Below, piece by piece: positions 1 to 10,236 of a DNA stretch of 64,000 nt. Origin of the DNA: Myxococcota bacterium (GTDB taxonomy: Bacteria > Myxococcota_A > UBA9160 > JAFDDA01); assembly GCA_965228475.1 (NCBI GenBank), contig OZ245817.1:832001-896000 (forward strand), read 5' to 3'. Position numbers and translations under genes: made by a program. The number at the start of each line of letters is the position of its first letter. The stretch's first letter is position 1. Below the pieces are notes generated by a model. That model ran no database searches and was not told where the DNA came from. It was given only the letters and a program-made list of their open reading frames with translations.

Positions 1-1073
1 TGCTTCGACAGGAGGTGCGCAAGTACCTCGACGAGAACGCTTCGAGCGAGCACGTGCGCGAGATCGTGGAGACCCCGGAGGGCTTCTCGCGTGCGCAGTG
101 GAAGGAGATCGCCGAGCTCGGCTGGACGGGTCTCACCGTCGCCGAGGAGCACGGCGGCGCCGGCCTCGGCTGGGTCGACCTGATCGTTCTGCTGGAAGAG
201 ACCGGGCGGAGCCTGTTTCCCTCTCCGCTCGTCTCCAACACGATCGCCGCGGCGGCCATCGCCGAAGCCGGCAGCCCGGAGCAGGCGGCGCGCTTCCTGC
301 CGAGCCTCGCGGACGGCTCCCGGATCGGAACGCTCGCGCTGCTCGAAGCCGACGATCGTCTCGGAGAGGAGGGCATCGCCCTGGCCGGTGAGGCTTCCGG
401 CGGCAGCTTCACCCTGCGCGGTGAGAAGCGCTACGTGACCGACGCCGATGCCGCGGACGTCTTCGTCGTGCCCTTCCGCGCCAGCGGCCCGGTCCGGCTG
501 GCCGTGGTCTCCGCCGACGCCGAGGGCGTGACCGTCGAGAGCACGCCGAGCATGGACCTCACCAAGCGCATGGGAACGGTCCGCTTCGACGGCGTCTCCG
601 TCCCGGGTGCGGACGTGCTCGAGAGCGCGCCCCTCTCCCGCATCCTCGATCTCGCTACCGCCGCCGTGACCGCCGAGATGGTCGGCGCGGCGGAAGGGGC
701 CCACGCCCTGACCGTTGCCTTCACGAAGGAGCGCATCCAGTTCGGGAAGCCGATCGGCCAGTTCCAGGGCGTGAAGCACCCGCTCGCCGAGATGCACGTC
801 GACGTCGAATCGTTCAAGTCCCTCGTCTACTACGCGGCCTGGGCTCTCGACGAACGCCACGCCGACGCGCCGCGCGCGGTCTCGATGGCCAAGGCCTACG
901 CCTCGGATGCCTTCGCGCGCATCGGGATCGACGCCGTCCAGCTCCACGGCGGCGTCGGGTACACCTGGGAGTACGACGCCCAGCTCTACTTGAAGCGCAG
1001 CAAGTGGGCGCGGCCGATCTTCGGCGACGCCGCCCACCACTACGAGCGCGTCGCCAGCCTCGGAGGGCTCTAG
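1..1073 (+). CDS. Acyl-CoA dehydrogenase family protein (5' truncated by window edge)
   Basis: W..IAELGW, R.QFGKPIGQFQ.VKH, QLHGGVGYTWE motifs; frame is open to the window start. Confidence 0.92.
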   Translation, partial: LRQEVRKYLDENASSEHVREIVETPEGFSRAQWKEIAELGWTGLTVAEEHGGAGLGWVDLIVLLEETGRSLFPSPLVSNTIAAAAIAEAGSPEQAARFLPSLADGSRIGTLALLEADDRLGEEGIALAGEASGGSFTLRGEKRYVTDADAADVFVVPFRASGPVRLAVVSADAEGVTVESTPSMDLTKRMGTVRFDGVSVPGADVLESAPLSRILDLATAAVTAEMVGAAEGAHALTVAFTKERIQFGKPIGQFQGVKHPLAEMHVDVESFKSLVYYAAWALDERHADAPRAVSMAKAYASDAFARIGIDAVQLHGGVGYTWEYDAQLYLKRSKWARPIFGDAAHHYERVASLGGL

Positions 1074-1075
1074 CC

Positions 1076-2242
1076 ATGGATTTCGATCTCAGCCCGGAGC
1101 AGGAGGCGTTTCGCCAGGAGGTCCGCGCGTTCATCGCGGAGAACCTCCCGAAGAACACGGCGGACCCGGCCCAGGTGCAGGCCTGGCAGACCAAGGTGCG
1201 CGAGAAGCGCTGGGTCGGTTTCTCCTGGCCGTCCGACGTCGGGGGCGGCGGCGGCGGGATCATGGAACAGGTGATCCTGAAGGAAGAGATGGCCAAGGCC
1301 AAGGCGCCGCCGCTCGGAAGCTGCTTCATGGGCCTCGCGTGGGTCGGCCCCTCGATCGCGCAGTACGGCACCGAAGCGCAGCGGCAGCGGTTCATCCCGG
1401 ACATCCTCGACGGCAAGTACCAGTGGTGCACCGGCTACTCCGAGCCCGACTCCGGGAGCGATCTCGCCTCGCTCCAGTGCAAGGCGGTCCGGGAGGGTGA
1501 CGAGTACGTCGTGAACGGCCAGAAGATCTGGACCTCGATCGCCATGTGGTCGAAGTGGATGATCCTGCTCGTGCGCACGGCGAACGCCCGCGACGCCGAG
1601 AACAAGCACGACGGCATCACCTGTCTGCTCGTCGAGATGGATTCGCCCGGGCTCGAGGTCCGTCCGATCCGCAACATGGGCGGCGGTGCGGTGTTCGCCG
1701 AGGTCTTCTTCACCGACGTGCGCGTCCCCGTCGACCAGCGGCTCGGGGAAGAAGGGCAGGGCTGGCAGGTCACGGTCTCGGCGCTCGCCCACGAACGCTC
1801 GAGCATCGCCGAGGTCGAGGGTTTGAAGCGCAACCTCGACGTGCTGAAGGACGCCGCGAAGCACGTCCGGAAGAGCGGGCGGCCCGCCAGCGAAGACCCC
1901 CAGGTCCGGCGGCGCCTCGCCGTGGCCGAGACGCGCATCGAAGCCATGCGGCTCAACGGCATGCGCTTCCTCACCAAGCAGCTCAAGGGGGAGCCGCTCG
2001 GGAGCGAGACCAGCATCAACAAGCTGCTCCGCGCCATCCTCGAGGTGGAGCTCGGCGAGCTGGGCGTGGAGATGCAGGGCAACGCGGGCTCGCTCTCGGC
2101 CGGCATCGACGAGGTGGTCGGCGGCAAGTGGCAGCGCCACGCCCTCGGGTGGCCCGAGGTGGTGATCGGCGGCGGCACGCCGAACATCCAGAAGAACATC
2201 ATCGCCGAGCGCATCCTCGGTCTGCCGAAGGACGCTGCGTGA
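1076..2242 (+). CDS. Acyl-CoA dehydrogenase family protein (likely partner subunit of the upstream ACAD)
   Basis: MDFDLSPEQEAFRQEV start, WCTGYSEPDSGSDLASL, NGQKIWTS, IGGGTPNIQKNIIAER. Confidence 0.93.
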   Translation: MDFDLSPEQEAFRQEVRAFIAENLPKNTADPAQVQAWQTKVREKRWVGFSWPSDVGGGGGGIMEQVILKEEMAKAKAPPLGSCFMGLAWVGPSIAQYGTEAQRQRFIPDILDGKYQWCTGYSEPDSGSDLASLQCKAVREGDEYVVNGQKIWTSIAMWSKWMILLVRTANARDAENKHDGITCLLVEMDSPGLEVRPIRNMGGGAVFAEVFFTDVRVPVDQRLGEEGQGWQVTVSALAHERSSIAEVEGLKRNLDVLKDAAKHVRKSGRPASEDPQVRRRLAVAETRIEAMRLNGMRFLTKQLKGEPLGSETSINKLLRAILEVELGELGVEMQGNAGSLSAGIDEVVGGKWQRHALGWPEVVIGGGTPNIQKNIIAERILGLPKDAA

Positions 2243-2514
2243 GCGAGGGTGCCGGCGAGGAGCGGCGCGCGCGAATCGAACGCAAGCTTCGCGAGCGCCT
2301 CGAGGCCTCCGAAGTCCGCGTCATCGACGACAGCGCCGCCCACGCGGGGCACGCCGGCGCGGCTTCGGGCGCGGGCCACTTCCGGGTCTTCGTCACGAGC
2401 GAGCGGTTCGCGGGCCTGAACCGCGTGGCGGCCCAGCGGCTCGTCTACGAAGCCCTCGACGACGAGATGGGCGAGCACATCCACGCGCTCTCCATCCGCA
2501 CCGAGACGCCCTGA
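2239..2514 (+). CDS. bolA: BolA family protein
   Basis: IDDSAAHAGH..GHF.V..SERF.G..RV..QRLVY..L..IHALSI; GTG overlaps the upstream stop (GTGA). Confidence 0.9.
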   Translation: MSEGAGEERRARIERKLRERLEASEVRVIDDSAAHAGHAGAASGAGHFRVFVTSERFAGLNRVAAQRLVYEALDDEMGEHIHALSIRTETP

Positions 2515-2518
2515 GCCG

Positions 2519-3367
2519 CTAGAGGAAGTCGCTGAGCCAGGTCGTGAGGGGGACGCTGAAGCCGGCCGCGTTGCGGTGGCCGCCTCCGCCGAGCTCGACG
2601 GCGATCGCCGCGACGTCGAAGTCCCCGATCGAGTACAGCGTGGCGTCCACGCGCGTGCCGTGGACGCGGTAGACGCAGCCCCAGGGCGCGCCGAAGGCGG
2701 CCTTCTCCGAGAGTTCGTGGCCAATCGCGCTGCGGTGGGCGGTCGAGTTCACCGCCTCGACGCGCCGGCCCTTCACCGTGATCGGGTGTGCCTTCTTGGC
2801 CGCCCGCGTGACTTCGATCCGCGCCGAGCGCACGAGCGGCGCCCCCTCGGCCACCAGAGCTTCGATCGGCTGGGCGGCCATGGCATCCCAGGAGGCGAAC
2901 GTACGGGGCTGGGAACCGATCGCCGCGTTGACCTCCGCCGAGTGTTCGAGCTCCCAGCGCCAGAGGTCCTGGTCTTCGACGTAGCGTAAGAGCGGCGGCG
3001 CCGGCGTGTCGTGAAAGTGCTCCCAGGCGAGCATCGCGCCCGAGTGCGAAAGATCGAAGTGGACCGCGTGGCCGCCGGCGCGGAGGTCCGCTTCGAGTTC
3101 GGCGTCCGCGTGGAAGCGGTCGCGGCTGCTCACGTGGTGATCGAGCACGAGTACGTGGGCGGCATGCTCCGCGAGCGCGCGCAGGGTGCGCGTGCGCGTG
3201 AAGATGTCGACGAAGGCGACGAAGGCATCCTCGTAGGCGGCGGGCTCGATGGGCTCGTCGTGGCCGATGGGCCGGTACTCGGCCTCGTCGCCCCAGGCGC
3301 GCCAGACCGCCCAGGCGGCACCGAAGCCGTCCGGACATCCCGCGTGATAGAAACAGACCCGGCGCAT
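2519..3367 (-). CDS. DHH/DHHA1 phosphoesterase (NrnB-like nanoRNase)
   Basis: YH..CPDG, FVD, LDHH, EDQDLW, GGGGHRNAAGF motifs. Confidence 0.88.
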   Translation of the reverse strand: MRRVCFYHAGCPDGFGAAWAVWRAWGDEAEYRPIGHDEPIEPAAYEDAFVAFVDIFTRTRTLRALAEHAAHVLVLDHHVSSRDRFHADAELEADLRAGGHAVHFDLSHSGAMLAWEHFHDTPAPPLLRYVEDQDLWRWELEHSAEVNAAIGSQPRTFASWDAMAAQPIEALVAEGAPLVRSARIEVTRAAKKAHPITVKGRRVEAVNSTAHRSAIGHELSEKAAFGAPWGCVYRVHGTRVDATLYSIGDFDVAAIAVELGGGGHRNAAGFSVPLTTWLSDFL

Positions 3368-3426
3368 CGGCGGACTCTAACACGCCATCGCGTCGCCCAA
3401 GCGTCTCTCGCGCCCGCCGGCTGCCG

Positions 3427-4365
3427 TCAAGGCAACTCGTCGGCAGGCCGCGTGAGGAATCCGGCGACGTCCTCGGCGAGCTGCTGCGGCACCTCCGTCG
3501 CCAGCGCGTGCCCGGCGCCGGGGTAGACGCGCAGCTCCGAGCGGGGCAGCAGCTCGTGGAGCCGCGCGACGCCCTCGCCCATGTTGGCGCCGTGGTCGCG
3601 GTCGCCCCAGCCGAGCCATACGGGGTGCTCGATCTCGGGGGCCAGGGGGAAGAGGCTTCGTTCGACCTGATCCGCCGCCATGCCGAAGTACATGCGCACG
3701 AACCCCGGGCCCATGACCTCGTCGTAGTAGGCGAAGGTGTTGGCGAGGGCGTCGTCGCGCCCGGCGAAGGACTCGTCGTACCAGTAGCCGGATTGGATCC
3801 AGACGATGGGCCGAAACGCGGCATAGCTGGTGATGGCCCGCATGGCCCGGGCCAGGAAGGGCTGCGCCTCCCAGGCGCTCCCCGGCGCCCAGGGCGCCAG
3901 GCGGTCGAAGCGGTCCGGGAAGCGATGCGCGAGCCGCAGCACGAGATTTCCGCCGAGGCTCCCGCCGACGGCGTGGGCGCGCTCGACGCCGAGCTCGTCG
4001 AGCAGCGCCATGGCGACGTCCTCGTAGTAGGCGAGGTCGTACTCCCGGACCGGCTTCTCGGAGTAGCCGCTTCCGGGGAAGTCGAGCACCACCACGCGGT
4101 GTCGTTCGGCGAGCGTGGGCACGAGGCCGTCGTACTCCTCGATCCGCGACGTGTGCCCGGGGATGAGCAGCGCGACCGGCGCCCGCCTCGGCCCCTCGTC
4201 GATGTAGCGGATGCGGACGTCGTCGAGTGCCGCGAGGCGGACGTGCCGCTGGGTGAAGGGTGTCGTCGGGACCCGGTCCGGGTGGAACGGGTCGCGATCT
4301 TCCGGCGCCGCGCAGCCGGCGAGGGCCATCACCGCCGAGAGCCCGAGGGCCACCCTACGCCGCAT
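3427..4365 (-). CDS. Alpha/beta hydrolase lipoprotein
   Basis: Lipobox LAGC, DFPGSGYS, GGSLGG nucleophile elbow, C-terminal GAGH. Confidence 0.88.
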   Translation of the reverse strand: MRRRVALGLSAVMALAGCAAPEDRDPFHPDRVPTTPFTQRHVRLAALDDVRIRYIDEGPRRAPVALLIPGHTSRIEEYDGLVPTLAERHRVVVLDFPGSGYSEKPVREYDLAYYEDVAMALLDELGVERAHAVGGSLGGNLVLRLAHRFPDRFDRLAPWAPGSAWEAQPFLARAMRAITSYAAFRPIVWIQSGYWYDESFAGRDDALANTFAYYDEVMGPGFVRMYFGMAADQVERSLFPLAPEIEHPVWLGWGDRDHGANMGEGVARLHELLPRSELRVYPGAGHALATEVPQQLAEDVAGFLTRPADELP

Positions 4366-5929
4366 CGGTGTCCGAGAAGTCCTCGCCCGCGGCGCGGGCG
4401 CGGTCGACCAGGCTGTCCTGGTCCGGCACCAGGGCGCGGGCCGCCATCACCGCCGCGATGAAGGCGACGACGTTCACGGCCAGGCCGGCGGTCATGCCGA
4501 TCTTCAGATCCGCCGCGACGCTGATGCGGCCGATCGTGTAGGGGCCGAGGGCCAGTCCGATGAACGTGATGGCGAGCAGGTAGGCCGCCGCCGCGACCGC
4601 GCGCATGCGCGGCAGCACGAGGTCCTGCATGGTGCTCGCCGAGAGTCCGATCCACATGGAGGTGAAGAGGTTGGCCGCCAGGGTGAAGCGCAGGGCGTTG
4701 TCGATCTCGGAGGCGTAGAGCACGGCCAGGTTCGTGGGGATGGCCGCGACCGCGGCGATCGCCAGCACGTAGAGCCGTCCGCGCGGGTTCCGCGCGCGCC
4801 AGAGGTCGCCGAGGATTCCGCCGAGGGCGACGCCCGCGAAGCCGCCGATCGCGGTCGTGAAGAGGAGATAGTCGCCGACCCGCGCTTCGTCGACGCCGTG
4901 GGCGCGAATCAGGTAGGCGGGCGTCCAGAAGCCGAGCCCGTAGCCCGAGAAGGCGAGCATCGACGCGACCAGCACGAGCCAGCGCAGCGAGGCCGTGTGG
5001 AAGATCAGCGAGAAGGTCGGCGGATCGCGCAGCGCGAGCGATTGCGCCCAGGAGACCGCGCCGTAGGAGCCGATGCCGAGCGCGACCCACTGGGCGATGT
5101 CGCCGGTGCTCCAGGCGAGGCTTCCCGAGACGAGGGCGATCACCGCGGCGAGGATCGCGTTGCGAGTGACGGCGGCGCTTCCACCCCCGAGCGCGATCAG
5201 GTTCCAGACGGTGAACCCGGGCAGCACCGCGCGCAGCTCGAGGCCGAACTCCCGGAAGGGGTGCGGGTGGGGCGGGGTGACCAGGCCGTCGGCCTGGCCC
5301 CGCACGGGCTCGCGCAGGGTGCGGACCCACAGGGCCATCAGGACGCCGGGCAGCCCGACCAGGATGAAGGTCGCCTGCCAGCCTTCGAGCCCGTAGGGCG
5401 CCGTGCCCGGCGCGTAGCCGTCCCAGAAGCTCAGCATGCGGCCGCCGACGAACAGCGCGAGCCCGCCGCCGAGATAGATCCCGCTCGAGTAGAGCGAGAG
5501 CGCCGTCGCGCGCATCGAGGCCGGGAAGTAGTCCGAGAGCATCGAGTAGGCGGCAGGCGTCGCGCTCGCCTCCCCGACCCCCACGCCGATGCGCGCCACC
5601 GTCAGCTCGGTCATGTTGCGCGAGAACCCCGAGGCCGCGGTCATCAGGCTCCAGAAGCCGAGGCCGAGGGCGACCAGGCTGCGGCGGTTCCAGACGTCGG
5701 CCAGCCGGCCGAGGGGGATCCCGAAGATCGCGTAGAAGACGGCGAAGGCCGTGCCGTAGAGGAAGCCGAGTTCGGAGTCCGAGACGGTGAGCGATTCCTT
5801 GATCCGCTCGGCCAGGATCGAAGGCAGCTGTCGGTCGATGAAGTTGAACAGGTAGACGAGGACGAGGACGAACAGGACGTAGCTCGCGTAGGCGAGCTGG
5901 CGGCGGTCGAAGGCGGGGGGCGCGGCCAC
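4355..5929 (-). CDS. MFS transporter (spinster-like)
   Basis: FNFIDRQ, GRLADVWNRR, ARIGVGVGEA; GTG at 5929 lies 6 nt after TATAGT. Confidence 0.9.
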   Translation of the reverse strand: MAAPPAFDRRQLAYASYVLFVLVLVYLFNFIDRQLPSILAERIKESLTVSDSELGFLYGTAFAVFYAIFGIPLGRLADVWNRRSLVALGLGFWSLMTAASGFSRNMTELTVARIGVGVGEASATPAAYSMLSDYFPASMRATALSLYSSGIYLGGGLALFVGGRMLSFWDGYAPGTAPYGLEGWQATFILVGLPGVLMALWVRTLREPVRGQADGLVTPPHPHPFREFGLELRAVLPGFTVWNLIALGGGSAAVTRNAILAAVIALVSGSLAWSTGDIAQWVALGIGSYGAVSWAQSLALRDPPTFSLIFHTASLRWLVLVASMLAFSGYGLGFWTPAYLIRAHGVDEARVGDYLLFTTAIGGFAGVALGGILGDLWRARNPRGRLYVLAIAAVAAIPTNLAVLYASEIDNALRFTLAANLFTSMWIGLSASTMQDLVLPRMRAVAAAAYLLAITFIGLALGPYTIGRISVAADLKIGMTAGLAVNVVAFIAAVMAARALVPDQDSLVDRARAAGEDFSDTDAA

Positions 5930-6061
5930 GGCTGCACTATACATGCGGCCGCGCGGTCGACGGGGTTCTTCGTGGCGGGCCCGCGGCGGCCCGGCCTGCC
6001 CTGGGGGTGCTCCCGGACACCGGCCCCGGCCTGACGTATCCTCCCGCGTCCGGAGGATTTC

Positions 6062-7747
6062 ATGGCCGACCGCTCACGCAAGCTCCCCAAGCCCCGCTCC
6101 CGGGAAGTCACCGAAGGCCCCGCACGCGCGCCCGCCCGGGCCATGCTGCGGGCCGTCGGCTTCAGCGAGGAGGACTTCGACAAGCCCCAGGTCGGGATCG
6201 CCGCGGCGGCCAACGAGGTCACGCCCTGCAACATGGGCCTCGCCGCCCAGGCCGACTGGGCCAAGGAAGCGATCACCGAAGAGGGCGCCGTCGGCCTGCG
6301 CTTCGACACCATCGCCGTTTCGGACGGCATCAGCATGGGCCACGTGGGCATGCACGCTTCGCTCGTGTCGCGCGAGGTGATCGCGGACTCGGTCGAACTC
6401 GTGGTCCACGCCGAGCGCCTCGACGCGCTCGTCACGCTGGCCGGCTGCGACAAGAGCCTGCCCGGCATGCTCATGGCCGCGGCGCGGCTCGACGTCCCCT
6501 CGGTCTTCCTCTACGGCGGAACGATCCTGCCCGGCTGCTTCAAGGGCCGCGACGTCAACATCCAGGACGTGTTCGAGGCCGTCGGCGCCCACGCCTCGGG
6601 CAACATGAGCGACGAAGACCTGCTCGAGCTCGAGCGCGTCGCCTGCCCGTCGACGGGCTCCTGCGCGGGCATGTTCACGGCGAACACGATGTCGACGGTG
6701 AGCGAGGCCCTCGGCATGGCGGTGCCCGGTTCCGCCTCCGTCCCGAACCCGGATGCCCGGCGCCGGGAGCTTTCCCTCGCGACGGGCCGCGCGGTCGTGG
6801 ACTGCCTCGAGCACGGCATCACGCCCCGCAAGGTGATGACCAAGCGCGCCTTCGAGAACGCCATCGCCGCCGTGATGGCCCTCGGCGGCTCGACCAACGC
6901 GGTGCTCCACCTCCTGGCGATCGCCCGGGAGGCGAAGGTCGAGCTCGCCCTCGACGACTTCGACCGCATCAGCCGCACGACGCCGCAGCTCTGCGACCTG
7001 AAGCCCTTCGGCAAGTACGTGATGAGCGACCTCGACGCCATCGGCGGCGTCTCGGTGCTCTTCCGCGAGCTGATCGACGGCGGCCAGATGGATCCGGATT
7101 GCCTCACCATCACGGGCAAGACCCTCGGCGAGAACCTCGAAGGGACGAGCTTTCCCGAGGGCCAGGACATCGTGCATCGCGAGAGCGCGGCCCTGATGGC
7201 CGAGGGCGGCATCGTGGTGCTGCGCGGCACGCTCGCCCCCGACGGCTGCGTGATGAAGACCGCCGGCGGGAACCTCCGCCGCGTCGACGGCCCCGCGCGC
7301 GTGTTCGACGGCGAGCAGGCGGCCTTCGACGCCGTGACGAACGGCCAGATCGAAAAGGGCTGCGTGATCGTGATCCGCAACGAAGGGCCGGCCGGCGGCC
7401 CGGGCATGCGCGAGATGCTCGCCGTGACCGCGGCCGTGAAGGGCGCGGGCCTCGGCGCCGACGTCGCGCTGCTCACCGACGGCCGCTTCTCCGGCGCGAC
7501 CCACGGCTACATGATCGCCCACGTGGCGCCGGAGGCCGTGCGCGAGGGGCCGATCGCCTGGGTGCGCGACGGGGACCGCATCGTGATCGACCCGCAGGAG
7601 CGCATCCTCGACGTCATGGTCCCGGAAGAGGAGCTCGCCGAGCGGCGCAAGGGCTGGCAGCCGCCGGCGCCCCGGTTCGAGAGCGGCGCCATGGCGAAGT
7701 ACGCGAAGCTCGTCGGCAGCGCCGCCCGCGGCGCGGTCTGTGGATAG
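6062..7747 (+). CDS. ilvD: Dihydroxy-acid dehydratase
   Basis: PCN, SDGISMG, GCDKSLPG, GGSTNAVLHL, GGPGMREM, TDGRFSG; GGAGG RBS. Confidence 0.96.
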   Translation: MADRSRKLPKPRSREVTEGPARAPARAMLRAVGFSEEDFDKPQVGIAAAANEVTPCNMGLAAQADWAKEAITEEGAVGLRFDTIAVSDGISMGHVGMHASLVSREVIADSVELVVHAERLDALVTLAGCDKSLPGMLMAAARLDVPSVFLYGGTILPGCFKGRDVNIQDVFEAVGAHASGNMSDEDLLELERVACPSTGSCAGMFTANTMSTVSEALGMAVPGSASVPNPDARRRELSLATGRAVVDCLEHGITPRKVMTKRAFENAIAAVMALGGSTNAVLHLLAIAREAKVELALDDFDRISRTTPQLCDLKPFGKYVMSDLDAIGGVSVLFRELIDGGQMDPDCLTITGKTLGENLEGTSFPEGQDIVHRESAALMAEGGIVVLRGTLAPDGCVMKTAGGNLRRVDGPARVFDGEQAAFDAVTNGQIEKGCVIVIRNEGPAGGPGMREMLAVTAAVKGAGLGADVALLTDGRFSGATHGYMIAHVAPEAVREGPIAWVRDGDRIVIDPQERILDVMVPEEELAERRKGWQPPAPRFESGAMAKYAKLVGSAARGAVCG

Positions 7748-9230
7748 GGCGACGGCCTTCGCACACCTGCACGTCGAGCCCGGCGGCTCCGCCGAAAGCC
7801 TCCTGCCCGGCTTCGAGAGGCTGCGCGCCTCCGCTCCGGCCGGCGGCTTCCCGTGGTTCCTCGACAGCGCGCTCGAGGACGGCCGCCTCGGCCGCTTCTC
7901 CTTCGCCGGGGTCGACCCGTGGGGCGTCCTGCGCGCGGGGGGCGCTCGGGGTTCGGCGGCGCTCGAGGTCCGGCGCGAAGCCCACCCGCACTGGCCCCGC
8001 GGCACGCACGCGCTGTCCGGCGACGCCTTCGCGGCGTTGGGCTCGTTGCTCGAGCGCGCGGCCGGAGACGAGCGGGCAGCGAAGCTCCCCTTCGCGGGCG
8101 GTGCCGTCGGCTACTTCGGCTACGAGCTGGCGGAAGCGCTCGAGGACCTCACCTTTCCGTCGAGCCGGCCGACGGACTTCCCCGACCTCTGCTTCCTGCT
8201 GGTCGACGCCGTCGTGGCCTTCGACCACGAGCGCGGCGAGCTCTGGCTCTGCGGCACCGGTTTCGGCGACGAAGCCAAGGCCCGGGCCCAGGAACGGGTG
8301 CGGGCGCTGCGGGAGATCCTGGCGGCTGCGGCGCCGCCCGCCGGTGTGGCGCGCGAACCCGTTCCCGCCGACGGCCCCGTCGAGGCGCGCCACGACGCGG
8401 ATTCTTACGCCGCGCAGGTGCGCACCGTCCTGTCCGGCATCGAGCAGGGCGATCTCTATCAGGGCTGCCTGACCCACCGGATCTCGCGCACCCACGCGGG
8501 CGAGCCCTGGCCGCTCTACCGCCGCCTGCGCGAGGTGAACCCCGCGCCCTTCGGCGCGTATCTCGAACTCGCGGAGGGCGCGATCCTCTCGAGCTCGCCG
8601 GAGCGCTTCGTCCGGCTGACCGCCGAGGGCTTCGTCGAGGCCCGGCCGATCAAGGGAACCCGCCGCTTCGAGCCCGGCGCCGACGGCATCGAACGCAGCG
8701 CCCGGGCCCTCGCCGCCTCGGAGAAGGACCGCGCCGAGAACGTGATGATCGTGGACCTCTACCGCAACGATCTCGGGCGGGTCTGCGAGACCGGAAGCGT
8801 GCAGGTGCCCGAGCTCTTCGCGATCGAGCGCTACGCGACGCTCCACCAGATGGTGTCGACGGTGACGGGGCGCCTGGCCCGCGGCCGCGACGCCCTCGAT
8901 CTCGTCCGGGCGATCTTTCCGCCGGGCTCCATGACCGGGGCGCCGAAGATCGCGGCGGTGAAGCTCCTCGCGGAGCTCGAAGACGAGCGCCGCGGCGTCT
9001 ACGCCGGCGCCCTCGGCTACCTCGACGCACGCGGGGGGATGGACCTCTCGGTGGTGATCCGTACCATCCTGCTCTCGCGGGGGCGCGCACACGTGAACGT
9101 GGGCGGAGGCATCGTGGCGGACTCCGAGCCGCTGGCCGAGTACCAGGAGGCCATGGACAAGGCACGCGCGCTCGCGCTGGCCCTGGCGCCGCCGGACACG
9201 CTCGATGCACCCGAGGGAGAGGGCTCGTGA
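7740..9230 (+). CDS. pabB: Aminodeoxychorismate synthase component I (chorismate-binding family)
   Basis: SSSPERF, RPIKGT (PabB-type), KDRAENVMIVDL.RNDLGRV, FPPGSMTGAPK. Confidence 0.85.
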   Translation: MDRATAFAHLHVEPGGSAESLLPGFERLRASAPAGGFPWFLDSALEDGRLGRFSFAGVDPWGVLRAGGARGSAALEVRREAHPHWPRGTHALSGDAFAALGSLLERAAGDERAAKLPFAGGAVGYFGYELAEALEDLTFPSSRPTDFPDLCFLLVDAVVAFDHERGELWLCGTGFGDEAKARAQERVRALREILAAAAPPAGVAREPVPADGPVEARHDADSYAAQVRTVLSGIEQGDLYQGCLTHRISRTHAGEPWPLYRRLREVNPAPFGAYLELAEGAILSSSPERFVRLTAEGFVEARPIKGTRRFEPGADGIERSARALAASEKDRAENVMIVDLYRNDLGRVCETGSVQVPELFAIERYATLHQMVSTVTGRLARGRDALDLVRAIFPPGSMTGAPKIAAVKLLAELEDERRGVYAGALGYLDARGGMDLSVVIRTILLSRGRAHVNVGGGIVADSEPLAEYQEAMDKARALALALAPPDTLDAPEGEGS

Positions 9231-10177
9231 GCGCGCCCGCCGCCGGCCGTCCGCTCCGCGTCCTGCGCATCGGCCCCGGGCCGGAATCCCTCGAGCCCCT
9301 CGGCCGCCAGTTCGATCCGCCGTTCGCCGTCGAGCTCGAGGCGGCGGAGCGGCTGCGCACCGGCCTCGGCGAACTCGCGGACCAGCGCTTCGACCTGGTC
9401 CTCTACGCCGTCGGGACCGCGGACGGGGAGGGCGTGGCCGGCATCGCGCGCATCCGGGCGATCGACGCGGAGGTCCCGATCGTCGTCGTGATGGACGCCG
9501 AGGACTCCGCGCTCGCGCTCGCGGCGATCCAGCGCGGCGCCCAGGACGCCCTGCCCCGGGCGGAGTTCGCAGGGCCCGGCGGGTGCCGAGCCCTGCGCCA
9601 CGCCATCGAGCGCCAGCGGATCATGCTCGAGCTCCAGGAGGCCCGGGAGCGCGAGCAGTACCTCGCGACCCACGACTCGCTGACGGGCATCCCGAACCGC
9701 ATGCTCTTCTACGACCGGCTCTCCCAGGCCATCGCCGCCGCGAGCCGCTGGGACACCACGCTCGCCGTGCTCTTCCTCGATCTCGACGGCTTCAAGCCCA
9801 TCAACGACACCCTCGGGCACACCGCGGGCGACCGCCTCCTCCAGGAGGTCGCGAAGCGCGTGGCGAGCATCGTGCGCAAGAGCGACACGGCCGCGCGCAT
9901 CGGCGGAGACGAGTTCGGCGTGGTGCTCTCCCAGATCGCCAAGGCGAGCGATGCCTCGACGGTGGCCGAGAACCTGCGCGAGCGCATCGCGGAGCCGGTG
10001 CTGTTCGGCCGGAGCGAGCGCTGCGTCCACGCGAGCATCGGCATCGCGGTCTACCCCGGCGACGGCGAGCTCGCGGACACCCTCGTCCGGAACGCCGACA
10101 CCGCGATGTACGAGGCCAAGAAGGCGGGCGGCAACCGCTACGCCTTCTACCACCGGCGGATGCGCGCCGAAGGCTGA
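9227..10177 (+). CDS. Diguanylate cyclase with degenerate receiver domain
   Basis: HDSLTGIPNR, DLDGFKPINDTLGH, RKSD I-site, RIGGDEF; REC-like N-terminus. Confidence 0.9.
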   Translation: MSAPAAGRPLRVLRIGPGPESLEPLGRQFDPPFAVELEAAERLRTGLGELADQRFDLVLYAVGTADGEGVAGIARIRAIDAEVPIVVVMDAEDSALALAAIQRGAQDALPRAEFAGPGGCRALRHAIERQRIMLELQEAREREQYLATHDSLTGIPNRMLFYDRLSQAIAAASRWDTTLAVLFLDLDGFKPINDTLGHTAGDRLLQEVAKRVASIVRKSDTAARIGGDEFGVVLSQIAKASDASTVAENLRERIAEPVLFGRSERCVHASIGIAVYPGDGELADTLVRNADTAMYEAKKAGGNRYAFYHRRMRAEG

Positions 10178-10236
10178 GCCGCGCTCCGCCAATTTGTCGG
10201 GCGGTGCCTTCCGCCCCGCGCCGGTAGGCTCGCGGC

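Noticed and set aside
7740..9230. pabB supplying p-aminobenzoate to the AurF-like enzyme
   Set aside because: About 35 kb apart, pabB sits in a housekeeping context, and there are no PKS/NRPS genes in the window
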